From: Octopus sinensis
Lineage: Eukaryota
Length of the DNA stretch: 64,000 bases
Reading direction: 5' to 3'
Assembly: GCF_006345805.1 (NCBI RefSeq)
Contig: NC_043011.1
Location: 13,156,464 to 13,220,463 of the forward strand
In this document: piece after piece, positions 51,130 through 64,000 of the stretch
How positions within the stretch are numbered: the stretch's first letter is position 1
How the letters are laid out: every line of letters starts with the position of its first letter
Notes under the pieces: generated by a model
What the model saw: the letters and a program-made list of their open reading frames with translations, nothing else
Told to the model about the DNA's origin: nothing
Databases searched by the model: none
Made by a program: the position numbers and the translations under genes

Positions 51130-51544
51130 CTGCAAATAAAATAAATGCAGATTATTATTATCAGAATTCATAATCATTATTTCTAATAATTTAGCATCAT
51201 TGTTACCATTTTAATATTTAATAGTCAGTCCATGCATCCCAATATATCTGTTCAGATTAATTATATAATAACTTCATTCAAACTTTAAATTACTTCAGAT
51301 TCAATCTATACTCTCATACACAATAAGAGTACATCTCATAGTCTAGAGCAGTGGTTCTCAAACATTTTTTTTAGTCAAGTTCACTTTTTGAAAATATTTT
51401 GGCATACTTTGTACTTTAAGTCAAAATATGTACTACAAAACAAGGTCTGTATAATTTAACCGATAAACATTTAATTTATTTGTTATTTTTTATGTTAGAG
51501 ATAACTGGAGACATAGTTCTCATCACAGTGTAAAATAAGATTGA

Positions 51545-51972
51545 TTTCAAATGTTGGCACAAGGCCAGCAATATCGAGGGGTGGGGAGATGGCGATCATA
51601 TCAACTCCCAGTGTTCTGGTACTTATTTTATTGACTGATAAGACAAAAAGTAAAGTTGACAGAATTTGAACTCAGAACACAAAGACAGATGAAATGCCAC
51701 TAAACATTTTGCCTGGCACAGGTAACAATTCTGCAACCTCACTGCCTTAAAATATTGGTTTCAAATTCTAACACAAGGCCAGCAATTTCAAGGGAGGAGG
51801 TAAGTCAATTACATCAACCCCAGTGCTCAACTGGTACTTATTTTATCGACCCTGAAAAATTGAAAAGCAAAGTCAACCTCAGCAGAATTTGAACTCAGAA
51901 TGTAAAGATGGGCGAAATGCCACTAAGTATTTTGCCCAGCATACTAACAATTCTGCCAGCTCGCCGCCTTAC
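51545..51972 (-). mobile_element. Two tandem copies of tRNA-derived SINE family D
   Basis: Reverse complement aaggcggcgagctggcagaattgttag...ctgagttcaaattctgctgaggttgactttgc...gtcgataaaataagtaccag..., repeated twice. Confidence 0.8.
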
Positions 51973-52213
51973 AGTGTAAAAATAATACTAATAAGGACAA
52001 AGAATTGATTTTATTTTAACAAGTGTACAATATTTTGAAGGCTCTCATTTTCAAAAAATAAGAATAATTTCTTCAAAATAACAGCCAGAAAAAAAAAAAT
52101 GATAATTGAACAGAATATTCTTAATATACACTACTGGAACAAATGTATCTCACTCTCACTAGCTCTTTTTTATTTCAATTTTTACAAAACTAATAAAACT
52201 TGGTTAAACTTAC

Positions 52214-52291
52214 CTCTTCAATATTCCGAATCCAATTTCTTATGTTTTCAAATGATTTTTCATTTGTGATATCGTAGACTAACATAATTCC
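52214..52291 (-). CDS. Rab8: Rab8 coding exon (78 bp): [26 protein letters not shown]
   Basis: ttctaacag|GGA ATT ATG ... ATT GAA GAG|gtaagt; phase 0/0, in frame with neighbours. NWIRNIEE is Rab8-like rather than Rab10-like (KWLRNIDE). Confidence 0.97.
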
Positions 52292-54104
52292 CTGTTAGAA
52301 AATGAACTTAGAAAGTTAGAAACATGAAATATTCAATGTGTTTTAACATGCAATATGGCAATGCAAATAATGTATGGTTAGATAATTACATTTTCAACTC
52401 TATCGCGAGTTCACTATTTTGTTTTCTTATTTTGAAACATATTCTTAAAGAAACTAATAACTATACATCTGTGTCCATACATCTATACCTTCAATACTGT
52501 GCCCTGTAGAAATCATTGAACATCTGACATTGTAATTAGGTAATAAGACAAGGGAGTAAATAAATTCACATCAAACTGCAGAGAAATGTGGTGATAAACG
52601 GTGCCAAAATCACATTCCGTCCCAAGCGAATGCCTGTATTTTGCATTGGCTCTACTACCACTATCTATCTTGTCCTGCTTTTTGTAATTTAGTCAATATT
52701 TTTGCAGAAAATATTTATCAACATGAAAAAGGAAAAATATTTTAATAAAGAAAATTAAATGAAGTTGACATGTGAGTTCTATCAGATTTCTTGTACATGA
52801 TACAGTAAACCAATAAATTGCATATGCAGCAATTAGATGCTTCTAAGTTGTCAGTCATCTGGCATAAACCTTTCAGTTTACTTCTCTTTTATTCTTCACA
52901 CACTAACTTTTAGCAAACTGGATCTGGCTCAAATGAGATTAATTTCTTTTGCCACATTCTTGTGAAGAAGCTTTCATGCTTATGTCATTTTTATAATCAT
53001 CAACAAAAGACATACACACACACATGCCATCACAAGCTTTTTCAAATAACTATAATTTCAAACCACATTCTGAAATATTATATACTTCATTCGCTTTGGA
53101 TGAAGACAAGCCAAAATATATTTTCTACTTCTATACCAATCAGGAAAAATCTTGATTCTTTTGTAAAGCTAAATCTCTGCACTTCTTCATAGGCTAATGT
53201 TTCAAAAACATACTTTAAGCAAACGTTCAACTGACCATAAAGAATTGTCCGGCCATCTTCTATACTAATCATTTACCAACAAGCTACATAACGCACACAC
53301 TCACAGTATTCAAAAGTCCCTTTAGTAATTAATATATAAATGCTAAAGGGACCTTAGCATTAGAATATAACAACTGAGGTCAGTTGAGTTTTTTAATGAA
53401 TGCTCTCTTCCTTCCTACCTCCTTAAAGCCTTCCCTAATTGTCACTACAATTATAAACACATTCCCCTCAACTTCAGTAATTTCATTGGCTCATGACTCA
53501 GGATAGCTGGTCTGTTACAAACCACAAGGACCACTCCTGATACTCGAACTAGATATGCCCTGACAACAGAACAGGATTAACATTACATTGTACCATTTTT
53601 AGGACAATGAACATTCTCTCATCTTTAGAAAATGGCATTTTTCCTAAACAAACAATAATAATAATCAAACAATATTAACAAAAAAAAATATATTGAAAAA
53701 TAAAATTGAAGCAAACTATATAGTTTATATATCATTTAAGTGCTAAATAAACATTTGAATCACCTGACATGATACAAGTACAATGTTTGAAATAATACAG
53801 CATTCTTTATAAATACATGATATGGTCAAAAACTCAATGCTTGGATTATATAAGCCCAGGAACAATCTAGAAAGGCACCCATTACTCATCTGACAATACA
53901 AGAAGTATGCATGCTTTCTGATTATGCATCATGACACTGAAGTTTTAAAAAAAAAAACATGATTCACTAAAAAAACCTCTTGGTTGAGTTGTTTCTCTTG
54001 AACTAACAAAATATATTCAAGGAGTGAGTAAAAAAAGTGGAAGTTGGAGCATTAGAAAATTATAGGTTTTATGAACATTAATGGGATTTGTAGCTTTGTG
54101 GTAC

Positions 54105-54414
54105 CAGTGCCGGTGGCACATACGAAAACCATCCGAACGTGGCCGTAGCCAGTACCACATTGACTGGCCATGCCGGTGGCACATAAAAAACACCATCCGA
54201 GTGTGGCCGTTCGCCAGCCTCGTCTGGCACCTGTGTCGGTGGCACATAAAATCACCCACTACACTCTCGGAGCGGTTGGCGTTAGGAAGGGCATCCAGCT
54301 GTAGAAACACTGCCAGATCTGACTGGCCTGGTGCAGCCTTCTGGCTTCCCAGACCCCAGTTGAACCGTCCAACCCTTGCTAGCGTGGAATATGGACGTTA
54401 AACGATGATGATGA
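54105..54414 (+). mobile_element. SINE family B with about two internal units
   Basis: gtgccggtggcacat...ccaacccttgctagcgtggaatatggacgttaaacgatgatgatg. Confidence 0.88.
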
Positions 54415-54659
54415 TTTCCTCTGGCTTCTTACCCTTTTCCCACCCCTGATTATAACAAAAAAAAAAATTTATCCATTCAATTCACATCGATTTTTACAAG
54501 TGGGTATGAGTCAGATGGAAATTTACTGAGGTAGTAATTAACAGCCAGGTGTCCTTCCTGTTACCAACCCTTCTGTTTCTCACATAAAGGATTTTTCATT
54601 TTTTTTATCCTACTGGTTTTTGAAATCACAAAAAACTCATTCTTTATGAGGAATGTAAA

Positions 54660-54843
54660 CAGGAGTGGCTGTGTGGTAAGTAGCTTGCTAACCAACCACA
54701 TGGTTCCGGGTTCAGTCCCACTGCGTGGCATCTTGGGCAAGTGTCTTCTGCTATAGCCCCGGGCCGACCAATGTCTTGTGAGTGGATTTGGTAGACAGAA
54801 ACTGAAAGAAGCCTGTTGTATATACATATGTATGTATGTATAT

Positions 54844-54918
<75 letters not shown>

Positions 54919-55150
54919 GTGTATGCGTGTTTCTGTGTCTGTGGTTGTCCCCCTAGCATTGCTTGACAACCGATGCTGGTGTGTTTACGTCCCCGTCACT
55001 TAGCGGTTTGGCAAAAGAGACCGATAGAATAAGTACTGGGCTTACAAAGAATAAGTCCCGGGGTCGATTTGCTCGACTAAAGGTGGTGCTCCAGCATGGC
55101 CGCAGGCAAATGACTGAAACACTGAAACAAGTAAAAGAGAGAGAGAGAGA
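54660..55150 (+). mobile_element. SINE family A, full length, internal (TA)n
   Basis: caggagtggctgtgtggtaag...tgactgaaacactgaaacaagtaaaagagag. Confidence 0.88.
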
Positions 55151-55549
55151 GAGTATGTCCAAACAAACGCATTCACCCACACACACACAATGTATGCTAC
55201 TGCATGGTACTTTGGACAAGTGCTTTCTACTACAACTTTTAGTTGACTAATTGCTTTGTGTGTGAAATTGGTAGATGGAAATTGTATGGAAGGTCATCGT
55301 GTATATGAATGTTTATTTCAGCATGTCTTCAAACTGACACTGTATATGTGGTGATAGTTTTATGTCTCCAACAAAATCAATGCATTTTGTTGCTCAGTTG
55401 TTTAGACATGGGGATGGATCAGTGAAAATACACCTTACTTGGAAAACAAAGGAATAGGGCTAGGATGGGTATTTGGCTGTAGAATACCTCATCAAGTGTT
55501 GTCTAACCTATGCCAGCATGAAAAAAGTAGTCTTAAAAATTATGATCAT

Positions 55550-55740
55550 CATAAGAGTTATTGAGAAAGTTAGGCATAAGAGGAATTAGATGCAGTGAAC
55601 ATGAGAGAAGACTGTGCCGGTTTTGTCATGTGATGCAATGGATGCCGACAGTTCCATAAAGAAGTGTTGGTCTCTCAAAGTGGATGGAACACATGGAAGA
55701 GGGAGACCCAGGAAGACATGGAATGACTTCAGGACAGGGA
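55550..55740 (+). mobile_element. RTE LINE C-terminal fragment
   Basis: CWSLKVDGTHGRGRPRKTW, the RTE-clade C-terminal G.R.RGRP.K.W motif. Confidence 0.7.
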
Positions 55741-56249
55741 AAACAGAAGAGAGGATCATATATAATTATTATGTGTTATATTTTTTTTCTTCTGTACACC
55801 TTCTCATTTAGCCACCAAGGCCCTCTCCCATCATCCCTTTCCACCTCTGACTTCATCCCTCACATCCCACTCCTACACACTTCACATCAACTATGCTGCC
55901 ACCTATTACCTCCGTAACCCACTCCTACTTCTTCCACCTTCGCAACTGATCCCCACCCACTGCATTCCCCTCATGTCCATCTGCCACTCTCTTTTCACAC
56001 TTGTGGACCTACCCACTCACCTCGTGACACATCTACATCATTGTCTTCTTCCCTTTTCCAGCTGGAGTAATCATGTATCTCATCAACAGCAAACACACCT
56101 ATTACTGTCCTATCTCTTGTTAACTGGTAGAAAGCCACCTTCCTACACCTTATTTCAGTTAAGGGATTTTGCCTTGTGAGTCACCTGGTGACTTCACTAG
56201 TGCCAGCACTACATTAAAAGCACCCAGTACTCTCCGTAAAGAGGCCAAA

Positions 56250-57700
56250 GCAAATATCGGTTCACCGGCTAACAGCTTCCTGAATCTTTCCACCCCATTC
56301 TTATTCTGGTTACCATGCTTTCAGCATACTCATCTCCACTCCTGATTAGGTCACCTAAGTAACAGAAACTATCAACTACTATAAAATCTTGGGAGTTTTT
56401 GCGAGGAAGTTACTTTACAACTGCATTGACTGCTAACTGCACTAGTGTATGGAATTTCTACTGACACCTTTTCTGCATATTGAGCATGACCGTTTAGTTT
56501 CTTGACAGTATTAGTGGCCTGTCTTCTTCCTTACTAAAACTTTGATATGTTTACTCTGCAACTTCTTGGTTCAGGGTTTTGTTTCCACATCTGGACCTTC
56601 TCTAAATCCTTCAGTCTCTACTAAAAGGAGTAGATCATCATCATACGTTCTACAGACAAATGGTTTTAAACACCTATTATGGTTAGGAAGACTATAACAA
56701 ATAGGAAGGTGCTGAAAACTGAGCCTTGATGGACACCTACTTGCATCCAAACTCATTGCCAATTCTCACTTTGCTGACCATATCTATATATGGCTTGCGC
56801 TGCCCTTGCCAGCCACTCATAATTTTTCCTTAGTGTCCTCTAAACTACAGATCAACAAATGCTGGATAAAGAGGCTTGTTCTTAAGAATTTCTCTTCCAG
56901 TTGTTTCACTATGAAGAGGGGATCAGATGACGTTCCAAACTGCATCTCATCTAAGTGAGTTATTTTCATAATCAATTGTGCTAAGACCCTATTACTTTCA
57001 TAAATTGATCAATTTGTTAAATATATCTGTAGATGTTTCTTTCTAGAATATTTCCTTAGCCCTTGTAACAAATCTTGGGCATTACTTAACTATGTGGCTG
57101 ACTAGCTTGAGCTTTTGTTCATCAAGATATTTTTTTAGCATCTCAGATGAACCAGCTGCTTTCTGTCTTCATATTCTTAATAGCCACATTGACCAAATAA
57201 CTGTCTATCTCAATAGATGGACCCTCTGTCAAGTATACTTCAGATAGTTGCTTTTCCTTCCACATATTTCCCATATTTAGCAATCTCTTGTAGTAATAGT
57301 TCTAAGCCTCTTTCTTTATCCACCTGACATTCTGCTTAGCAATCTTTCACCTCTCATCCTTTTCATGGAGAACATTGGCAAGCCTCTCTGTGCTATGTAA
57401 ATTTGGCAACTAGTTTCTCTTCTAGCAACATGATATTGTTTTTTGCTGGCTCCTTTTTTCCATTATTTCTACGATTGTCTTTTAGCTTTTATGGCTGTAT
57501 CGAAAGTAGTATTCTACCACCATGCTATCTTCCATCTGGTTCCAGCCACAAACCTGCTCTGCAGCTTCTAGCTTAGATGCAAGTTCTTCTGGGTGGGTAA
57601 CAATGCTGGGTTGGAATGAGTGGAATAGACAAATTATTGGCAGAGAAATGAATAGATAAAGTGAATGAGGTGGCCAGAGCAAGTGGTAGAATCATTAAGC
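56250..57700 (-). mobile_element. Decayed RTE reverse-transcriptase fragment
   Basis: Broken frames give LDEMQFG...LFIVKQLEEKFLKNKPLYPAFVDL...SAKVRIGNE, an RTE-BovB-like RT. Confidence 0.75.
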
Positions 57701-57865
57701 ATAGACTAGTCATAGGAAATCTAATGACAACAGTTGTCTCAGTTCATGCATCACAATCAAGACAATCTATAAGGTGCCCCCATAAACCACTTTGGTAACA
57801 AATGACAACAATTATCGCAGCTGGTAATTTTAATGGATCAACATCAATGGAAATTGTAGCTGTGA

Positions 57866-58163
57866 TACCAGTGCCGGTGGCACGTAAAAAGCACCATCCG
57901 ATCGTGGCCATTTGCCAGCCTCGCCTGGCCCCCGTGCTGGTGGCACGTAAAAAGCACCATCCGATTGTGGCCGTTTGCCAGCCTCGTCTGGCACGTAAAA
58001 GGCACCCACTACACTCATGGAGTGGTTGGCGTTAGGAAGGACATCCAGCCGTGGAAACATTGCCAGATCAGACTGGGCCTGGTGCAGCCTTCTGGCTTCC
58101 CAGACCCCAGTTGAACCGTCCAACCCATGCTAACATGGAAAGCGGACGTTAAATGATGATGAT
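57866..58163 (+). mobile_element. SINE family B with two ancestral-type internal units
   Basis: gtgccggtggcacgtaaaaagcaccatccgatcgtggcc...cctcgcctggcccccgtgctggtggcacg...gttaaatgatgatgatg. Confidence 0.9.
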
Positions 58164-58399
58164 GTTAAACAGCACCATGATGGCTACTCTAGCATATATG
58201 TAGGTTACTGATGTGATACAAGGAATAAAGAAGACTCAAGACTCCTTAACTTCTGTGATACAAATGACACATCTGCAACACTAACTTCAGGAAACTAGCC
58301 AGCCAATTGATTGTCTACCAATCAGGTGATCACACAAGCCAGACAGATTTCCCATTAACCAGACAATAAGAGAGATAATGGTTATGAATATTAAGTTTT

Positions 58400-59240
58400 A
58401 CTCTGAAGAAGAATATAGCACTCAATATAGATTAGTGACTTCAAAGTAAATACTAGATTAATTCAGATGTACAAAACAATCTAAAGAAGGGAGGTATAGG
58501 AGATGGGAGATCCCTCTGCTACATAATTTCAGAAATTGACCTATAACTAAGAAAAACTGATGTTTCAACAAAACAATTTGCTATGAGCCAGACTAGATGT
58601 AACTGGAGCAAGGTAACAGCGAGATAAAAAGTCACATGGTGGCGGATAATAGAAGGAGATAGGGCTATGAAAGCTTTGGATGAAAGGGGAGAGTGAGTAA
58701 TCAGGTAGCTTGAAGAGAAACTGAAAATCAGAAATAGCAGAGGGAGAAGTAGAAATTACAGAAAGAAAGAGGTTTGCCAATGTTTTGTGATAAGAGGATC
58801 AGAAGTGTAAGATGTTCCAAATGTGAAGTACTGTCAGTGCATGAATGATGTCATTGTTAAAGAAAAGCATGTTCTGAATGACAGCCAATAGTACATTTAT
58901 GCTCACCAAGACCCAGAACAAAAAGGCTATGAAATGTTATGGGTGGTTGCTGAATGAGGAGAATCTGTAGAGGAAAAAGGGAACCAGAGATTGTGATAAA
59001 TGGGCCCTAACAGTAGAACTGGCCGTTAAAATTGACAGCTGTATAGTCTAAAGCGTAATTAAGATATGAAGACAGAGAAGGCAAGCAGACCAGCAGAGAT
59101 GTGCTGAAAATATTTGAGAAACTCAATCAGATAGTATAGGGTAGTGTCATACCCAATGACTAACTTAGCAATATCACTAATTCCAACAAAGGTTAAGGAA
59201 ATGTTCTGGAAAGTAACTAAAAAAATATCAAACTGATGGA
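58400..59240 (-). mobile_element. Decayed LINE endonuclease (APE) fragment
   Basis: Broken coding-like frames with APE-like composition; by eye only. Confidence 0.35.
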
Positions 59241-59540
59241 CCAAGTTATGAAAGTAACTTGGAGCACAACTAATTAGGAAAAGAATTTACTTTTCATGTT
59301 TATGCCAGAAAGATGTAACAGTAGTACTAGAGAGTAAGAGCAAACTAAGAATAAGCCACTGTCATTTATTTTGAAAAAACCTTTGAAAGATGAAACCTGT
59401 CAAAGGGCAGAGGAACTCGTGAGTAGGTAACACCAAACAATAAGGTGTACATTTGTATATATTGTTTATATATTTTTATTCTATTTATATCTATATTTTT
59501 AAACCTTATATTTTTTTTATATTTTTCATGTTTTTTTATA

Positions 59541-62520
59541 TGTTTATATGTGTGCTCCAATTGATCCCAAGAGTTATACTGGCAGCAGTTCAGCTCCTGT
59601 AGGGCCACCTACACCTGACAGGTCGAGGGCCAGGATCCAGGTTAAAATAATCACCCAATGAAAAACCTTTGAGCCAGGGTGTCACGATGAAGCCAGGGGA
59701 AGCAGCATGACAGATGTGTTTGTTTTGGCAGAGCAGGTGCTATCTGCCACCAGGCAAAACACACAAAGATACTGGGTGAAAGAAATCATAAAAGGCAAGA
59801 CCCAGGGCCACCCAGTAAGGCAACAACTGCAACATCAATAGGTTTAGCAGTTGTTGCCACATAAAATGTTCAGCTAATGAAAGATAAAGCATAATCTTTT
59901 CTCTTATCAGACACTTAAACTGCTTCACCTATCGCATGTGTCAACAAGGGGCACATCCTGCTAAAGGTGTGGCTTCAGCCACGGTGTTCAAAAAGTTAAT
60001 AACAAAGTCAAACTCAAAATCTAACCTTTTGAAATGTAAAAAAAAAAAGGATTTCAACATTTCCATCTTCAATGTCCGAACATTAAACCCCATAAATCAA
60101 TTACCTGAACTCACTACATCTGCTGTCAAGCAAAATATTGGTATTATTTGAATACAAAAACACCATTTTAATCACAGTGATCTCAAAGTAAAATATCATG
60201 ATGCTGGAAATGGGTGAACTTTTATCTCTACTTCAGCATAGAAAGGCCCTAACAACTCTACAGCGTGAAATGTAGGAATGCTCCTCAGTCCCCACACTCT
60301 ACGTTCACTGAACAGTATTGAAGAGATCCATCCTCCAATTATTATAACAACTTTTAATGGACACCCACACACCACTGTTATATCTTTGCTACTGCCCAAC
60401 AAATAAATGTCTCTGATGAAGCGGAAGTTGTCACATTCTACCATGAACTCTCTTATCTTGTGAGACAAATACCTTGTCGTAATGTCTTGCTTATAGGAGA
60501 GATATGAATGCTCATCTTGCAAAGGATGAATACAAAAATACGCCTTACTGGCACCCACGCCAGTGGCATGTGTAAAAGATTCGAGTGAGGTCGTTGCCAG
60601 TGCCGCCTGATTGGCCCCGTGCCAGTGGCACGTAAAAGCACCCACTACACTCTCGGAGTGGTTGGCATAAGGAAGGGCATCCAGCTATATAAACTCTGCC
60701 AGATCAAGATTGGAACCTGGTGCAGCCATCTGGTTCGCCAGCCCTCAGTCATACATCCAACCCATGGAAAGCGGACATTAAACGATAATGATGATGACGA
60801 TGATTAAACAACAAATTGAAATGGAGAATAACTGCATGAATTCATATCTGAAAACAGCCTCATCTGTCCTAACACAAGATATCAAAAGTGAGCTGGCAAA
60901 AAGTGGACATTCACATACACAAATGGTACAAAAGCACAATTAGACTATATACACATTAATAAAAAATGGGTAAACAGTGCCATGAACTGCATGACATTTA
61001 ATAAAGTTTCTTCTGGCCACAAGACAATATCAGCTAAAATTTACCTCAGTCTAAGATCAAACAAAAAAAAACTGAAACCAAACTTAAATGCTCTAACAAA
61101 TCCGGATATATGTGATCAATTTACAATTACATTAAGGAACAGATATGAAACCCTGAAAAATACTTCTAAAACCACCACTCCTAACAATGAGTATAAAAAT
61201 TTTGTCACAAGGAGGCAGCAGTCAAGTGCATCCCTCTGAAACCAAAAGTGAAATGTATGATTGGCTGAGAAACTGCAGCTGTTATCAAAAAGAAAGAAAC
61301 ACTTAGAAAGATTTCTAAACTAAAAAGATAAAACCTAAAGCAGTTCACTAAAGTAGAGAAGGGTTTAGCCTCAGAATATCAAAAAGAGCAAGATCTTTAT
61401 ATACAAAAACAAATCAACAACATCAAAGTTTCTACTGAGAAACTATCTGTGGCATGGAAAATTGTAATTGAAGTAAGTGAAAGAAAGAGCCCCTCAGAAT
61501 CCAAACTGAAAGCAGCAAGAGAAGTTGAACAACTCAAACTATGAAGAGATCCACTTTAAAACCTACTTGGTAAACCACCTGAAATTACCAGCTTTGAAAT
61601 AAGAAAGATCATTCATCATCAACTCAACATACAACTTGGGTTTTCTATGGTTGAGCTGGAAGCAGTTCTAAAATTGCTGAAGAGCAGAAAAGCAGCTAAT
61701 TTGGATCAAATCCCACCTGGAGTATGGAAAAACAAAGGAATTTAATGGCATTCTTCTTCAATTCTTCAATGCTATGTACCACCAAAACCATATAGGGAAA
61801 TGGTGTAAAGGATGCATCCTTTCTTTCATTTCCAAAGGGAGATCGCAGTGTCACTAAAAACTACAGGGGGATTACTCTCACTGCCATTTCAGCCAAAGTT
61901 TAAAATGCCATGCCACTCAATCATATCTGACTGGAGATCTAAAAAAATCTTGAGGAAAAACCAAAAGGGATTTCAAAGAAATAGATCAACATACACCCAA
62001 ATTCTTAAAATCCAAGAGTTATTGAAGAAGTTCATGGGAGGACTTTTCAAGGGCCTTTGACTCAATCTACAAAGGGAAAATAGAATACTTCTTGCATGTA
62101 GTATCCCAAAAGGAAATTATCGATGCCATCACAATGTTGTACAGAAATACTCAATCTATGGTTCATTCTACAGATGGTGACAGAGTTCTCTGATATAGTG
62201 GCTGGTATTCTCCAGGGTAACACCTTGACACTCTACCTGTTCATTATATGTCTAGATTATGTCTTATGCACCTCTGTAGATGAGATGAAGGACAAAGGAT
62301 TCACTTGTTAACCAGCCAAAAGCAGATGTTTTCCAACTGTGATCCATCACAGATGCTGACTATGCCTATAAGCTGGCGCTACTAGCAGATGAAGCATTGA
62401 AAGTGCTGCTACGTCAACTTGGATAAGACAGAATACATGATGTACAACCAGAGTGGCAACATTAACTCTGCGTATGGAAAATCCTTGAAAAATGTTGACA
62501 AATTCATATACCTTGGAAGT
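59541..62520 (+). mobile_element. Long decayed RTE-clade LINE (5' UTR, APE, RT), with nested SINE
   Basis: ISIFNVRTL...ELTTSA...; later NYRGITL..., NQKGFQRNRST, ILQGNTLTLYLFIICLDYVL, and a DYAD-like motif; many stops and frameshifts. Confidence 0.85.
60565..60805 (+). mobile_element. SINE family B nested in the RTE endonuclease region
   Basis: gtgccagtggcacgtaaaagcacccactac...cccatggaaagcggacattaaacgataatgatgatg. Confidence 0.85.
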
Positions 62521-63605
62521 AAAATTGCAAAGGATATGGTAATTTATCACTAATATCGCATATCATCGGAGAAGGAAGAACAACATTCACCAGACATTGC
62601 TGGAGAGCAATCAGTAACGTTCTTCTTGGGGAACTAAAGTAGGGATTACATCAGGCCAACATAAAGCTGCTGTGTAAGGACCTGGAGAAGAGCTACGATG
62701 CATTAAGGCAGACTGAATGGACCGATGAGAACAAGTCACAGTTATCCATGCAATAAGTATACCAGGATGATGATTTAACAGTAAAAGCACCTGCGAAATA
62801 AATTCTTTCAAATGCTTGGAAGGCTCTTCAAAGCAATTGATAGCTTCTCTTACCTAATTAGACCAAATTAACAATGGCGGGGACTACGAAGGTGTAATAG
62901 CCAGAGTGAGATCAGGACAGGAAAAGTTCAGGGTGTTGTTACTTCTGCTGGCAACAAAGCAACTCTCTCTTCAAGTGTAAGGTAAATTGTAAGAGGCTTG
63001 TGTATAGATCCATTCACTAGAAAACTCATCTAACCCATACAAGTATGGAAAAACATAAAATTGATGATGATAACAATGAACATATATAAAATATATGATA
63101 CATAAGTGGGATATGAAGCCTACAAGTAACTGTTGCCAGGCCTTTTCTCAACTGTTATATACTACACTCCTATAGGACAAATAATAGAAATAGGTCAATG
63201 TTCAGATAAAAACTGTACACTTACACAGAATATTAACAATTAAAGTTGACATACTAGATATGTAGCTTTCAACTGTGTCAAATATCTTACATTTAAAATT
63301 CATTGAACTGGAAATGCAATTTTTAGTTTTTAAATCTTTCTCTTTAAAATATGCACACATATAAAATTGCATAACGATTTCAAAATAGAAGTTAAATATT
63401 ACCTGTAAGATTCATGGTTTAAATTTTTAAAAAGGAGGAGTGGACATGAAAATAATGACAATGATTACTATTATAATTGTAAAAATTAAAATTGTAAAAA
63501 TGAAAAGAAAGGCAATGTGCATATTTTTACCCCTAAAAGAGAGAACAAAATTTGAAAATTTATATCATTGGGTAATGTAAGTTTTTAAATATAATTTATA
63601 TTTAC

Positions 63606-63666
63606 CATGGCACCTCTGTAATATGCAGTCGTGATGGTCCTAAATCGCTCTTGACCAGCTGTATCC
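63606..63666 (-). CDS. Rab8: Rab8 GTPase, internal coding exon (61 bp): (W)[21 protein letters not shown]3/switch II
   Basis: Reverse complement reads aacag|G GAT ACA GCT GGT CAA GAG CGA TTT AGG ACC ATC ACG ACT GCA TAT TAC AGA GGT GCC ATG|gtaaa. Canonical AG/GT splice sites; DTAGQERF motif of the Rab8/10/13 group. Confidence 0.97.
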
Positions 63667-63782
63667 CTGTTAAAATAATATATATACATAAATATATATA
63701 CACATCATAATCACAATTCTAATTTTCTAAAAATCAGGTAAACACATGACAATGATAAATATTATTATTATTATTATTATTT

Positions 63783-63995
63783 AGGCAGTGAACAGGCAGA
63801 ATCATTAGCATGCTAGAGAAAATGCTAAGCAGTATTTTGTTTGTCTTTACTTTCTGAGTTGAAATTCCACCAAGGTGAACGTTGCCTTGAAGGGTTTAAT
63901 TGAACAAATCAAACACCATACTTATTTTTTAAGCCTGGTACTTATGCTATCAGTCCCTTTAACCAAAGTTACAAGAATGCAAACAAACCAATACC
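63783..63995 (+). mobile_element. Degenerate SINE family D
   Basis: taggcagtgaacaggcagaatcattagc...tttctgagttgaaattccaccaagg... Confidence 0.6.
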
Positions 63996-64000
63996 AATTT

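Overview
AT-rich, repeat-dense eukaryotic genomic DNA. The SINE, microsatellite and transposon content suggests an octopod cephalopod; this is an inference, not database-verified. The only host gene I can support is the 3' part of a Rab8 small GTPase on the minus strand. It has five GT-AG coding exons (63606-63666, 52214-52291, 51040-51129, 35650-35766, 29163-29258) encoding (W)[146 protein letters not shown]. The 5' exons lie beyond the right edge, and a long TE-poor 3' UTR is likely. The rest is mostly mobile DNA: a full-length mariner, a second degraded mariner, a piggyBac relic with TTAA MITEs, Helitrons, a Mutator-like MITE, CR1/RTE/L2-like/Penelope relics, four SINE families and long microsatellites. 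The most unusual observations are: (1) a ~7.4 kb satellite of ~119 x 62 bp grown from the internal unit of one SINE copy in a Rab8 intron, with strand-biased CpG loss; (2) a candidate HDV-like self-cleaving ribozyme at the 5' end of an RTE fragment (39585-39700); (3) a 182-bp locally templated insertion inside a mariner; (4) a small array of four GAGG-N7-CCTC hairpins. Nearly all ORFs in the supplied track are spurious (repeat-derived or TE relics). Repeat boundaries are approximate unless a TIR or TSD is quoted.
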